A stretch of DNA of 64,000 nucleotides from NCBI GenBank assembly GCA_045106895.1, contig JBGCFM010000086.1, forward strand, positions 1 to 64,000, written 5' to 3'. Positions 29,549 through 39,533 of the stretch are shown here, piece after piece. The position numbers and the translations under genes are program-made. Within the stretch, counting starts at the first letter, position 1. The number at the start of each line of letters is the position of its first letter. The DNA comes from Polyangiales bacterium. GTDB lineage: Bacteria; Myxococcota_A; Polyangia; Polyangiales; Houyiibacteriaceae. The notes beneath the pieces were generated by a model. That model searched no databases and was not told the origin of the DNA. It saw only the letters and a program-made list of their open reading frames with translations.

Positions 29549-30451
29549 ATGAAAACAGAGAGTCTCGAGGAGCTTCGGGTGTTCGTCCAGGTCGTAGAGA
29601 GCATGAGCCTCACCGCCGCCGGGCGCGTCGTCGGCATGTCGACGAACACCGTGAGTCGGCGTCTCGCGCGTCTCGAAGAGCGCTTAGAGGTTTCGCTTCT
29701 CCAGCGAACAACACGCTCCCTCGGGCTCACGACGGAAGGGCGGCGATTCTACGAAAGTGCCGTTGGCATCCTTGAGGCGGTTCGCGCGGCGGAGGACGCC
29801 TTGGGACCGCTTCGGCCGTTCGAGGGAATCCTCCGAATTGCGCTCCCTACGCTCTTGGCGGACCTCGTCGCCGACGACCTCGCGGACTTCTGCGCAACGT
29901 ACCCGCGGCTCTCCGTCGAACTTCTTGTTCGCGATTCAGCGCCTTCGATGGTGGAAGAGGGCATCGACCTGGCCTTTACCGTCGAGGCAAATATAGATCC
30001 ATCTGTCGTCGAGCAGAACGCGGGTTCGCTCGGTGGCCACGTGGTGGCGTCGCCTGCCTACTTGGATCGCGAGGGCCGACCGTTGGATGTCGCGGAACTA
30101 TCGAAGCATCGTTGTCTTCGTTTCCTTGGTCCGATCCCCGAGTCCGCCTGGGACCTCACGCGCGACGGGGTGCTTCATCGGGTGCCCGTGACGGGGACCT
30201 TCGCTGCGACGAGCAGCCGTGTCCTCGTTCGCGCGTGTGTGCTCGGTCTCGGAATCGGAATCGTGCCCACGGGAATCGCGCGCCCCCTCGAAGAGAGCGG
30301 CGCGCTAGAGCGCGTTCTGCCGACGTGGGAGACGAGGCGCTATGAACTAAGTGCGCGCTACCCTCCGAGCCGACGCGGTTCGGAAGTGATCCACGAAGTG
30401 ATCCGGCTCGTCCGAGAGCGGATGGCGGAGCCTTCAATCAGCGGTTCTTAG
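29549..30451 (+). CDS. LysR-type regulator
   Basis: HTH VSRRLARLEERLEVSLLQRTTR; upstream dyad TCTC-N7-GAGA at 29525-29539. Confidence 0.93.
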   Translation: MKTESLEELRVFVQVVESMSLTAAGRVVGMSTNTVSRRLARLEERLEVSLLQRTTRSLGLTTEGRRFYESAVGILEAVRAAEDALGPLRPFEGILRIALPTLLADLVADDLADFCATYPRLSVELLVRDSAPSMVEEGIDLAFTVEANIDPSVVEQNAGSLGGHVVASPAYLDREGRPLDVAELSKHRCLRFLGPIPESAWDLTRDGVLHRVPVTGTFAATSSRVLVRACVLGLGIGIVPTGIARPLEESGALERVLPTWETRRYELSARYPPSRRGSEVIHEVIRLVRERMAEPSISGS

Positions 30452-31509
30452 AGGACGCCGCGGCGTGCTTGGTCGCGCTCGATGCTGCGGAAAAGGGCAC
30501 CGAAGTTCCCTTCACCAAAGGCGAGATGGTTCTCGCGCTGGATCATCTCGATGAAGATGGGCCCGATGAGATTCCGCGTGAAAATCTGAAGCAGGTAACC
30601 CTCTTCGTCACCATCGACGAGCACCTGGTTCTTCTTGATGCGGGCGGGATCTTCACGGACACCGGGGACCCGGTCGAAGACGTTCGCGTAGTACTCGTCG
30701 TCGATGTCGAGAGTCTGGATCCGTGAGTCGCTGAGGCTTTCGAGGCTGGAGAGAAGGTCGCGACTGAGGAACGCGATGTGCTGGACGCCGGGGCCCTTGT
30801 ACTCGCGAAGGTACTCGTTGATCTGGGACTTCTCTTCGTTGCCCTCATTGATTGGAATGCAGAAGCTGCCATCCGGCGAGCGAAGCGCGTAGCTCGTGAG
30901 GCCGGTCTTCGCGCCCTTGATGTCGAAGTAGCGAACCTCGGTGAAGCCGAAGACGTTTTTGTAGAAGTCCGCCCAGTGCTGCATCGTTCCCTTCTCAACG
31001 TTGTTCGTGAGGTGGTCGACGAGGAGGAACCCCTTCTCTTCGACGACGTCTGGGTCATCGACGGAAAGGAACGCTGTGCGGTGAGTGCCTACCCAGTGCT
31101 TGCCCGCCTTGGCGGCGGTCTCAACGAAGTAGATGAGCGAGTCGCCGATGCCGTAGATGGCCGGGCAGCCGTAGATGCTCTCTCCTTCATAGGCCTTGGC
31201 GCCGCGCTCGACGGCGATGCGGTGTGCTTCCTTTGCGTCTTCAACCTTCCAGCCCATGGCAGGAAGACTTGGACCGTGCGCCTTGGCGAACTCGCCGGAG
31301 AAGCCATTAGGCTCACGATTGACGAGAAACTCGATCTCGTTCTGTTCGTAGCGATGAATGTCGAGGGTCTGGTGGCGCTCCGTGCGAGAGAAGCCAAACG
31401 CCAAAAAGAGCTCATGGAGTGCCTGGGAATCAGGCCCGGCAAACTCCAGAAAGGCGATGCCGCGGAGGCCACAAGGGTTTGTTTCGGCAGTTGTCTCGGT
31501 GCTCATCAA
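30448..31509 (-). CDS. hppD: 4-hydroxyphenylpyruvate dioxygenase
   Basis: DHLTNNV, PINE, GVQHIAF, LLQIFT, FGEGNF.ALF.SIERDQ. Confidence 0.96.
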   Translation of the reverse strand: MMSTETTAETNPCGLRGIAFLEFAGPDSQALHELFLAFGFSRTERHQTLDIHRYEQNEIEFLVNREPNGFSGEFAKAHGPSLPAMGWKVEDAKEAHRIAVERGAKAYEGESIYGCPAIYGIGDSLIYFVETAAKAGKHWVGTHRTAFLSVDDPDVVEEKGFLLVDHLTNNVEKGTMQHWADFYKNVFGFTEVRYFDIKGAKTGLTSYALRSPDGSFCIPINEGNEEKSQINEYLREYKGPGVQHIAFLSRDLLSSLESLSDSRIQTLDIDDEYYANVFDRVPGVREDPARIKKNQVLVDGDEEGYLLQIFTRNLIGPIFIEMIQRENHLAFGEGNFGALFRSIERDQARRGVL

Positions 31510-31562
31510 AACACCCTACGGATGCCACTTGTTCAATGCCAATAGAATACTTCGTGGAAGTC

Positions 31563-31579
31563 GTTCATAATATTAGAAC
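31563..31579. promoter_or_regulatory. LysR T-N11-A dyad between hppD and divergent LysR
   Basis: GTTCATAATATTAGAAC. Confidence 0.7.
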
Positions 31580-31582
31580 AAG

Positions 31583-32476
31583 ATGCTTTCCCTCGACCAA
31601 CTCCGTGTTTTTGACGCGATCGACGAGCACGGCTCGTTCACCGCCGCCGCCAAAGAGCTCCGTCGTGCGACCAGCGCTCTGAGCTATTCGGTGCGAACCC
31701 TTGAAGAGAGCCTGGGGCTTACGCTCTTCGACCGATCGCAGCACCGAGCGACGTTGACGGCGGAGGGGCGGCTGCTCGTGGCCGAAGCACGAAAAGTGCT
31801 CGAGCGAAGCGCGGAGTTTGAGCGGGCGGCTTCCCGGCTCAGGGAAGGCTGGGAGCCCCGCCTTGTCTTCGTGGTCGATGGCCTCGTGCCGCTGGGCCCC
31901 ATCATGCGCGCTGTGCGTTCGTTCAAAGAGCTTGGCGCCGTGACGCGCCTCGAAGTTCACGTGGAGAGCGTTCAGCAAGTGCGCCGACGCTTCTACGAAC
32001 TCGATGCGAACTTCATGCTGAGTCTCGACCGGGTGGATGACGCAAGTGAGCGCGCGTTGCCAACACCACCGATGGAGCTGCTCCTGGTCGCGGAGGCCTC
32101 CCATCCGCTCGTGGAGGAGCAGCGGCGAGTGGCGCGCGACGAGCTCGCTCAGCACATTCAGGTGCGCGCGTCGGACTCCGTTGTACCGGGGCATCTGAGC
32201 GAGAGTGCGTTCACCTTCTCCGACGTCCGAGCCCAGCGTGAAGCTGTCTTAAGCGGCGTCGGTTTTGGCTGGCTGCCGCGTCACCTGATCCAAGACCAGA
32301 TCCGCGCAGGCCAGCTCTCCATCGTCACCTTCGAGGAGGGCTTCCGGCTGCGGCGGATACCCCGCATTATCTACCGTCGTGACCGTCCACCGGGACGTGC
32401 GGGCACCGCGTTTATCGATGACGTTCGTGCCGAGATCGATCTCCTCGTCCGTGGTCCACGTCGGCGCGAGCGTTAG
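31583..32476 (+). CDS. LysR-type regulator, probable hppD regulator
   Basis: GSFTAAAKEL..SALSY.VR.LEE.LG..LFDR. Confidence 0.93.
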   Translation: MLSLDQLRVFDAIDEHGSFTAAAKELRRATSALSYSVRTLEESLGLTLFDRSQHRATLTAEGRLLVAEARKVLERSAEFERAASRLREGWEPRLVFVVDGLVPLGPIMRAVRSFKELGAVTRLEVHVESVQQVRRRFYELDANFMLSLDRVDDASERALPTPPMELLLVAEASHPLVEEQRRVARDELAQHIQVRASDSVVPGHLSESAFTFSDVRAQREAVLSGVGFGWLPRHLIQDQIRAGQLSIVTFEEGFRLRRIPRIIYRRDRPPGRAGTAFIDDVRAEIDLLVRGPRRRER

Positions 32477-32608
32477 GGTGTTCCACTAAGGGCGATGCGA
32501 CTGCCAGTACATATACGCGGGCGAAAACGTGTCCTCTTCCGCCGCCGGAAGCGACGAGGATGTCGGAACGACGTCGCCCGCCGGCTCCCGCTATCTTCGG
32601 TACAGACC

Positions 32609-32662
32609 AAAAATAGAAAGAGCGCCGCGCGAAGGGGTCTGTTTCCCCAACGCTTGCGGCGC
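32609..32662 (-). terminator. probable terminator of the 32686..34005 gene
   Basis: gcgccgc...gcggcgc stem followed by T-rich tract on minus strand. Confidence 0.55.
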
Positions 32663-32685
32663 CGCTTCTTGTTCCCCAACTCTCG

Positions 32686-34005
32686 CTAGCGAATCGCGCG
32701 AATGCTGAAGGGGTAGGTCACATCGAAGGTTGTTCGCTGAAAGCGTGGGAAACGGGCCGTACGAACGACTCGCTCCATGCACGCTCCTTGGGGAGTGCCA
32801 CCGAAGGGGCTGCCGCCGATATTTGCGCTGACGACCTGACCGTCGTTGTTCACACGAATGCGTGCCGTCGCCATGCCCTCTTGGTCCGCGGCGCACTGGC
32901 GCATGCGAGGCATGAGTCCGCCGAGCGCGCGGGTTACGGCGGCGCGGGAAGGCGTCTCGGGAAGCGAACTACGGTCCTCCATGGCCGGGGCCATCGTGGC
33001 CTCCGTCATGGTGCCGCCAGCGGTCGGCGTCCCACCAAGGGCACGCGTGAGGAGGTCGTCCATGTCATCCATGGACGTTGACTGCTCCATGGTGGGCTCT
33101 TCGGCGGTTTCCGCTTCCATCGAAGGGGTCTCCGCCTCCGCCGTAGGCTCCGCCTCCATCGCCGTGGCCTCCGGGGTATCCGTGCTTGCGGCAGTCGTCG
33201 TCGCCATCGAGGTTCCGCGGCGACGTGCCCGCGGCTCGTCGCTTGTGGCAGCGGGCACAGCTTCAGGGGTGACTTCGGTCTCCCCAGGTTCGACAGCCTC
33301 GACGGCCTCCGCCTCTCCGGCTGGATTCTCATCCGACGCGGCTTCGACGACTTCATCCGTGCTCTCGGGCTCAGCTGCCTCGTCCGGAGTTGTCCCTCCG
33401 GCGGGCTCTGGCTCTTCTCGAGCCGCCGTCGCGGACGGTGGGTAGAGCGCGGCTTGCTCTTCAGGTTCGGGACTCTGCGTCAGCGCAAAGGCCACGCCGC
33501 CGATGCCGAGCAGCGCGATGAGTCCGATGAGCATCTTGCCGGACCCGCCGGATTGAGGCTCCTCCACCGGCGCGACTGGCGCGACGGCTGCGACGGCCTT
33601 CTTTTCTTCTTTGGCCTCCTCTTTGGGCTCTGCGCTTTTGCCGGACGACTTGCCCTTGGACTTGCCTTTTCCTTTGCCCTTTCCGGAGGACTTGCTCTTG
33701 GACTTGCCTTTGCCGGACGACTTGCCCTTGGAGGATTTCGCTTCCGAGCCTTTGGCGGAATCGGCGCTTGTTGCGGCTGCACCGCTCGCCATCGACACGC
33801 GACTGTCGTCATCGTCCTCGTCGTCGCTGGACTCATCGCTGGCAGGCGGCGCCATCGAGGCAGTGAGCGCCTTGAGATCGAGTGGGCCGTCGTCGTCGTC
33901 GTCGTCGTCGTCGTGCTCCTGGGTGGGGGGCAAGGACGGACGTGCGAGAGCCGCAAGCTGGTCGGCGTCAAACGCGGTGTCTTCTTCGGTACGATCTTCG
34001 CTCAC
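32686..34005 (-). CDS. bitopic membrane protein with AgmX/PglI (TonB-C-like) C-terminal domain
   Basis: Acidic and Lys/Ser/Gly-rich N-terminus, single TM, Glu/Pro/Ala linker, two-Cys domain ending VTYPF. Confidence 0.7.
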   Translation of the reverse strand: MSEDRTEEDTAFDADQLAALARPSLPPTQEHDDDDDDDDGPLDLKALTASMAPPASDESSDDEDDDDSRVSMASGAAATSADSAKGSEAKSSKGKSSGKGKSKSKSSGKGKGKGKSKGKSSGKSAEPKEEAKEEKKAVAAVAPVAPVEEPQSGGSGKMLIGLIALLGIGGVAFALTQSPEPEEQAALYPPSATAAREEPEPAGGTTPDEAAEPESTDEVVEAASDENPAGEAEAVEAVEPGETEVTPEAVPAATSDEPRARRRGTSMATTTAASTDTPEATAMEAEPTAEAETPSMEAETAEEPTMEQSTSMDDMDDLLTRALGGTPTAGGTMTEATMAPAMEDRSSLPETPSRAAVTRALGGLMPRMRQCAADQEGMATARIRVNNDGQVVSANIGGSPFGGTPQGACMERVVRTARFPRFQRTTFDVTYPFSIRAIR

Positions 34006-34199
34006 GTGTTTTCCTGTCTCACGGAAGGGGGGAGCTGGCGCTCCGGGGGCGCTTTCCTAGCACGGCCTGTGAGCTTGCGCCCGGCGGCTGGCCTAGGGGC
34101 CCTAAGGCCAGGTTTTGAAGGTGTTCGCATCATGCTCTTGGACACCGCATCTTCCCTCGTCTTGGGTGCCAAAGTCACAAAAGACGCTATATCGGCTTT

Positions 34200-35054
34200 A
34201 TGGCACTGCCTCTCATCGATTCCAGCGCTGCGCCCGCGGCCGAAGAGCGTCGTTACCGAACCCATCGGCGATTTGACCGTGCCGCCCGGCTCTTTGGCGA
34301 GCCGGCGCTCCATTCGCTGATGGATGCACGCGTACTCGTGGTCGGCATTGGAGGGGTTGGCTCCTTCGCTGCGGAGTCGTTGGCCCGAAGTGGCGTAGGA
34401 ACACTGACGCTCATCGACTTCGACAAAGTCTGCATCACAAACAGCAATCGCCAGCTTCACGCCATGAAGGGCACGATCGGCAAGAGCAAAGTAGAGGTCA
34501 TGGCGGAGCGCCTTCGTCTGGTTCACCCCACTTCGACGGTTGAGGCTGTGCAAAAGTTCTACTCGGAGTCGCTCAGCGAGGAGCTTCTGTCTGGCCGCAT
34601 CGACTACGTCGTGGACGCCATCGACAATATTACTGCCAAGACGCATCTCCTGGCGGCTTGTGTGCGCCGCGGCATACCGGTGGTTTCTTGCATGGGCGCG
34701 GCGGCCCGCCTCGACCCCACGGCGATCCGCGTGACGGACCTCGCGCTTACCTCGAAGGACCCCTTCGCTCGCTCCGTTCGAAAGATCCTCCACAAACACC
34801 ACGGCATCGATTCGACGTCCCGTGAGCCTATTGGCATCCCCGCCGTGTACAGCGTCGAGCAACCGCGACTTCCCATCTCGCCTGCGTACGACGAGGGTCA
34901 GGGGTTCCGCTGTGTGTGTCCGGGCGGCAAGAACGGTCTGAACGACTGCGACAATCGGAACCGAATTGATGGAAGCGCCAGCTTTGTTACTGGCGCCTTC
35001 GGCCTTGCTGCGGCGAGCGTCGTGGTCCGCCATTTCTGCGCTGACCCGGCCTAG
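34200..35054 (+). CDS. tcdA: tRNA threonylcarbamoyladenosine dehydratase (ThiF family)
   Basis: GIGGVGS, DFDKVCITNSNRQLHA, DAID, MGAAARLDP, DPFARSVR. Confidence 0.9.
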   Translation: MALPLIDSSAAPAAEERRYRTHRRFDRAARLFGEPALHSLMDARVLVVGIGGVGSFAAESLARSGVGTLTLIDFDKVCITNSNRQLHAMKGTIGKSKVEVMAERLRLVHPTSTVEAVQKFYSESLSEELLSGRIDYVVDAIDNITAKTHLLAACVRRGIPVVSCMGAAARLDPTAIRVTDLALTSKDPFARSVRKILHKHHGIDSTSREPIGIPAVYSVEQPRLPISPAYDEGQGFRCVCPGGKNGLNDCDNRNRIDGSASFVTGAFGLAAASVVVRHFCADPA

Positions 35055-35083
35055 TGCCCTAAGTCCGGCGGACTGGGCACTAG
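35051..35083. terminator. CTAG-bounded hairpin at the tcdA stop (terminator or REP-like)
   Basis: ctagtgccc..gtcc-ggc-ggac..gggcactag. Confidence 0.55.
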
Positions 35084-35179
35084 CGGCGACAAAACGCCCA
35101 CAAAATCGCCTTTCTTCGAGAATTCTTCTTTGGGGGTGAAAGGAACTCCCAAGCTCAGACGTTGTCTTCATGTCGGACG

Positions 35180-35857
35180 ATGGCGATGGATGACGAAATA
35201 GGGACAGGAACACGATGGGCAGCGCTCGCGATGATCGTCGGCGCCGTCATGGTCTCGCTCTACTTCTTCTCGGCGTTCGATTCGGATGGAGAGACCACGA
35301 TGGCAGAGCGCATCGAGCGCTCGGCGGAGTCCAATCGCCGTCGCGGCCGACATGGGTCCAGCTGGTCCTCCTCCTCGGAGCGCCGGCGACGAGGGGAGGC
35401 AGGCACCTTCGCACCACCGGGGAGCGCTGAGACCGAGCCAGACCCGCAGCAGCGCGCCTACCAACGAAGCTTCTCCAGTGTCCCCGACGCTGGCGCTATG
35501 CCGCCCTTCGTGCCTTCGCTCCACATCGGGCGCCTCGCGTCCATCACCGGCGACGCTCCCGCGGAAGAGGGCGCGCGTTGTGAAGTCCGCGTTCTTCCCG
35601 TCGCGGCGAACATCTTCAACTGCGTGGTCCGCGTGATGTGCGACGGCGTCGTTCTCTACCCGGACGGCGCGCAGTCTGCGGGCTACGCGCCGTGTGCCGT
35701 CGAGGACGGAATCGTGACGCGCGCTGAAGATGAAGATGTCACGTCGGCCGACGGAGACCCCGCGCTTCATGTGGACCTCGCGGCGCGTCATGTGCGCGTC
35801 GTCGATGACGGACTCGGCCGAGACTTCTCCGCCACCATCGAACTTCGCCCCATCTAG
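35180..35857 (+). CDS. hypothetical membrane-anchored protein with four-Cys beta domain
   Basis: N-terminal TM; possible GGAACT-N16-GTCTT ECF promoter at 35142-35168. Confidence 0.7.
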   Translation: MAMDDEIGTGTRWAALAMIVGAVMVSLYFFSAFDSDGETTMAERIERSAESNRRRGRHGSSWSSSSERRRRGEAGTFAPPGSAETEPDPQQRAYQRSFSSVPDAGAMPPFVPSLHIGRLASITGDAPAEEGARCEVRVLPVAANIFNCVVRVMCDGVVLYPDGAQSAGYAPCAVEDGIVTRAEDEDVTSADGDPALHVDLAARHVRVVDDGLGRDFSATIELRPI

Positions 35858-35988
35858 TCGCCCCATTTACCGGCGCCGCTGATCTCCAGCCGTCGAGAGC
35901 AGCTCCTCTTTGGTTCCGCGCACAAGAGCTGCCGAGCCGGGCGCGCTTTTCTGTTGGCACGAGGTAGCGCGGCTGCTACATCGCTCTT

Positions 35989-36007
35989 ACTAATGAAAGT
36001 CGTTTTC
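35989..36007 (+). promoter_or_regulatory. putative Fur box
   Basis: ACTAATGAAAGTCGTTTTC, 13/19 matches to GATAATGATAATCATTATC, overlapping the receptor start. Confidence 0.55.
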
Positions 36008-38557
36008 AACAAGGGCGCCATCGCGGCGTTTTTCTGCGTTTTTGGGGTGGTTTCCGCAGCCGCGCAAGAATCCCCGGTACCAGACGCTCCGCCGGCGGAG
36101 GTCGAAGCACCTGTGCCCGACTCGCCCACGCCTGGCTCGCCCGAGGATTCCCCGCCCGAGGCGGCGGAGGAACCAGCGCCGGAAAACGCAGAGGCAGCGC
36201 CTGAGCCGGACGGCCCCGAAGACAACGGCGCCGGCGAGCCGCCGGAAGAAGGGGACGCCGCTGAAGCGCCTCTCGACACGCCCGTCGAAGCGCAACCCAC
36301 CGAGGATACGCCCGCCGAAGGCGACACTGAATCGGAGGGTGACGAGGTCTTTAGCGAAGAAGACTGGGACGAAGGCGCCAGCTACGGCTCCTCGCCCCCA
36401 GCCGATGCTGCGGCCGAAAGCGAGGTCAGCGATGAGGTGGCGGAGGCGCAGCCGGAGTCCCTCGAAGCGTCAGGTCACGCCACCGCTTATGTTCGTGACC
36501 GTCTGCGTTTCGGTGGAAGCGTCGCGCACATCGGCGCGGAAGAACTTGAGACGCTCGAGTATGACGACCCACATTCCGTGCTCCGGGTCAGCGGCGTCTA
36601 CGTTCGAAACGAAGACGGCTTCGGTCTGCGCCCGAATATCGGCCTTCGCGGCGGCAACCCCGAACGCTCCCGCCGCGTGACCTTAATGGAGGACGGCGTC
36701 CTCTTTGGTCCGGCCCCGTACAGCGCTCCCGCCGCCTACTATTTTCCGTTGATGACGCGAATGCGAAGCGTCGATGTGTTCAAGGGCCCAGCAGCACTTC
36801 TTTACGGCCCGCAGACGATTGGCGGCGCCATCGATTTGGGAACGCGTCAGGTACCTACGCGCTCGGAAGGGGAAGCGGACCTCTCCTACGGCCTCTTCAA
36901 CTCGCGAAAGATCCACCTGCATTGGGGTACCTCCAACCGCTGGGGCGGCTTCTTGATCGAAGCCGTGGATGTCGCCAGTGATGGCTTCAAGGACATCGAC
37001 GGCACGGAAGCGGACACCGGCTTCTGGCGAAGCGACTTTATGTTGCGCGGCTTTCTTCAAACGAACCCATCGGAGCGTGTGTTCAACCGCCTTGATCTCA
37101 AGCTGGGCTTCCAGCGGGAGACTTCCGACGAGACCTACTTGGGATTGAGCGACGCGGATTTCGCCGAAAACGCAACTCGGCGCTACGCCGCCTCCGCGGG
37201 TGACCGCATGGAGTGGTGGCGCACTCAGGGCCAACTGACGTGGCGTCTTGGCGTCGGAGACAACTTTGAGCTCGTCACGGATCTCTATCGCCACGATTTC
37301 TATCGCGAGTGGGATCGCCTCGCTGGGTTCGAGGGCGATGTCTCCCTCCGCGATGTTCTCCTCGCGCCTACCGGCGCGCGAGCCGTCTATTACGATGTGC
37401 TTCGCGGAGCGTCGGACAGCGATGTCAATGAGGGCACTCGACTCGTTCGCGCCAACAACCGACGTCGCTATGTGAGTCAGGGGATTCAATCTCGCGCCCG
37501 CGGTCGTTTTCGAACGGGTGTCGTACGGCACGAGGTTGAGCTCGGCGCTCGCTTCCACCACGACCGCATCGACCGCGACCACCTCGGTTCCATCCACCGC
37601 ATGGTGAACGGCGACGTGGTTCAAGACGGCGAGTCCGTGGCGACGACGGTCAACAGGGGCGAGGCGATGGCGACGAGCGCCTACCTTGTGTACGGCCTCG
37701 AAGCTTTCGGTGTGACGCTGCGGCCGGGAATCCGAACGGAGATCGTTCACACGCGCTTTCGAGAAGACGAAAATCGGCAGAACGAGACCCGAGCAGTCGT
37801 TCTCCCCGGGGTCGGACTGACCTACGCGTTCATGCCGACGCTGAGCGCAGTCGCAGGTGTTCACCGCGGCTTCTCGCCCGTGGCTCCCGGCCAGGCGGAA
37901 GAGGTGCAACCGGAGACGAGCGTGGCCTACGAGCTCGGGGCTCGATTCCTCGACGAGAGCAAAGGGCGCCTCGTTGAGGCGATCGGGTTCGTCAACGACT
38001 ACGGCAACCTCCAGGGGCAGTGCGCCTTCGCCACCGGTTGCACGGAGGACATGCTCGACCAGCAGTTCAACGGTGGAGAGGTTCTCGTGTGGGGTGTCGA
38101 GGCCGGCGCGACGTGGAGCTTCGAGTTGACCGATGCGTTCTCCATGCCGGCCCGCGTCAGCTACACGTACACGGACTCGAGCTTCCGCACGGACTTTGAG
38201 TCCCAGGACCCGACGCTCGGCTCCGTGTCCATCGGCGATCGACTCCCCTACATCCCTCAGCACCAAGGCCAGCTCCAGGTTGGCCTTGAGCATCCCATGG
38301 GCGGTTTTCGTGCCGTGGCGAATTTCGTTGGCGAGATGCGGGAGAGCGCGGGCCAGGGCGAACCTGACGTACTCGACGTCACGGAGCGTTATGCGACCGT
38401 AGACCTTGTCGGTTGGGCCAAGGCCACCGCACGAATCCGTGTGTATGGGCGCCTTGAAAACCTGACGAACGCGCAACCTCTGACCTCGCGACGGCCCTTC
38501 GGCGCCCGGCCCCTCCGCCCCTTCTCCCTCCAGGTCGGCATTCGTTTTTCGCTCTAG
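35993..38557 (+). CDS. TonB-dependent receptor (FecA-like)
   Basis: Signal peptide, acidic linker, plug EDGFGLRPNIGLRG..MEDGV..APYSAP, barrel ending GIRFSL. Confidence 0.93.
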   Translation: MKVVFNKGAIAAFFCVFGVVSAAAQESPVPDAPPAEVEAPVPDSPTPGSPEDSPPEAAEEPAPENAEAAPEPDGPEDNGAGEPPEEGDAAEAPLDTPVEAQPTEDTPAEGDTESEGDEVFSEEDWDEGASYGSSPPADAAAESEVSDEVAEAQPESLEASGHATAYVRDRLRFGGSVAHIGAEELETLEYDDPHSVLRVSGVYVRNEDGFGLRPNIGLRGGNPERSRRVTLMEDGVLFGPAPYSAPAAYYFPLMTRMRSVDVFKGPAALLYGPQTIGGAIDLGTRQVPTRSEGEADLSYGLFNSRKIHLHWGTSNRWGGFLIEAVDVASDGFKDIDGTEADTGFWRSDFMLRGFLQTNPSERVFNRLDLKLGFQRETSDETYLGLSDADFAENATRRYAASAGDRMEWWRTQGQLTWRLGVGDNFELVTDLYRHDFYREWDRLAGFEGDVSLRDVLLAPTGARAVYYDVLRGASDSDVNEGTRLVRANNRRRYVSQGIQSRARGRFRTGVVRHEVELGARFHHDRIDRDHLGSIHRMVNGDVVQDGESVATTVNRGEAMATSAYLVYGLEAFGVTLRPGIRTEIVHTRFREDENRQNETRAVVLPGVGLTYAFMPTLSAVAGVHRGFSPVAPGQAEEVQPETSVAYELGARFLDESKGRLVEAIGFVNDYGNLQGQCAFATGCTEDMLDQQFNGGEVLVWGVEAGATWSFELTDAFSMPARVSYTYTDSSFRTDFESQDPTLGSVSIGDRLPYIPQHQGQLQVGLEHPMGGFRAVANFVGEMRESAGQGEPDVLDVTERYATVDLVGWAKATARIRVYGRLENLTNAQPLTSRRPFGARPLRPFSLQVGIRFSL

Positions 38558-38606
38558 AGGCCCCGTGCTGGGTCGACATTCCGTCGCGAGCTGCTACTCG
38601 CGATGA

Positions 38607-39497
38607 ATGCTTGAACTTGGAAAAGGATGGAGTTTCCCGGTCGACGAGGAGTTCTCGAAGATCTGGCTAACACCAAAGGGGGCTTGGGGACTCAGCATTC
38701 GCTGTAAGTCTACAAAAGTGAAAGTGGATGGCGCCTTCGAAGAGACATTGTCTCCGCGGCTCATCATCGACGATCTCACGTTCATGGGCTCCCACTGGCA
38801 GGACCTCGTGGGGATGGAGATCGCCCAAGAAGGCGCCTGGCACGGCGACGAAGGCGAGCCGAGCGCGAGCCTTGTCATCGAGCAACGCGGCGACCTTCGG
38901 GAGTCCACGATCCGCGTCGTTGGGTGTGAGGGCAAGTACTTCGATGTCGAGGTCGACGGCGAGTGCGACATCTTCATCGACGACGACCACGACAAGGACG
39001 TTCCTTTCACGCTCAAGACGAAGCTCGTCTTCGAAGGTGTGCAGTTTCGTTTCCGCGCCGATGGACTCGACAGTCGCGAGCCCGAGCGCAAAGCCATCGA
39101 GCTCCTCTCGAAGTACCTCGAACCCGAGGGCTTCATGCCGCCGGCCGTGGAGTCGCTGACAGAGCCAGGTCTCTACATGGCGAGCTTCGCGCCTCAGGTG
39201 AGCGAAGAAGAGGTCAGCGGCGAGACCGAAGTTGAAGTGGAGCTGAGCCCCGAGATGCGTGTGCTTCACCAGAGCGCCACGGAGCTTCTGCAAGGCATGC
39301 AGAAACAAGAGTGGATCGAGGTGGAAGACGGCGGCATCGCAAAGCTGGTGCCAGGCATGGTCGATGTCCTTGAGCTTGGCGGGCGTGGTTCGCGCCGAGC
39401 CGAGCGCGTGAGTGAGTGGTTGATGGATCAGGACGATGTCATCGACCTGCACGTCAACGACGAAGACCTCGCGTCGGTTCTCGACAAGTTCTGGTAG
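38607..39497 (+). CDS. acidic hypothetical protein
   Basis: 296-aa ORF with host-like codon usage; no motif recognised. Confidence 0.7.
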   Translation: MLELGKGWSFPVDEEFSKIWLTPKGAWGLSIRCKSTKVKVDGAFEETLSPRLIIDDLTFMGSHWQDLVGMEIAQEGAWHGDEGEPSASLVIEQRGDLRESTIRVVGCEGKYFDVEVDGECDIFIDDDHDKDVPFTLKTKLVFEGVQFRFRADGLDSREPERKAIELLSKYLEPEGFMPPAVESLTEPGLYMASFAPQVSEEEVSGETEVEVELSPEMRVLHQSATELLQGMQKQEWIEVEDGGIAKLVPGMVDVLELGGRGSRRAERVSEWLMDQDDVIDLHVNDEDLASVLDKFW

Positions 39498-39533
39498 CCA
39501 GAGGTCGCTGACCCTTCGCGGGGAGCGCGGGCG

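Noticed and set aside
35954..35972. Sigma-54 promoter TGGCACG upstream of the TonB receptor
   Set aside because: No GC at the required GG-N10-GC position.
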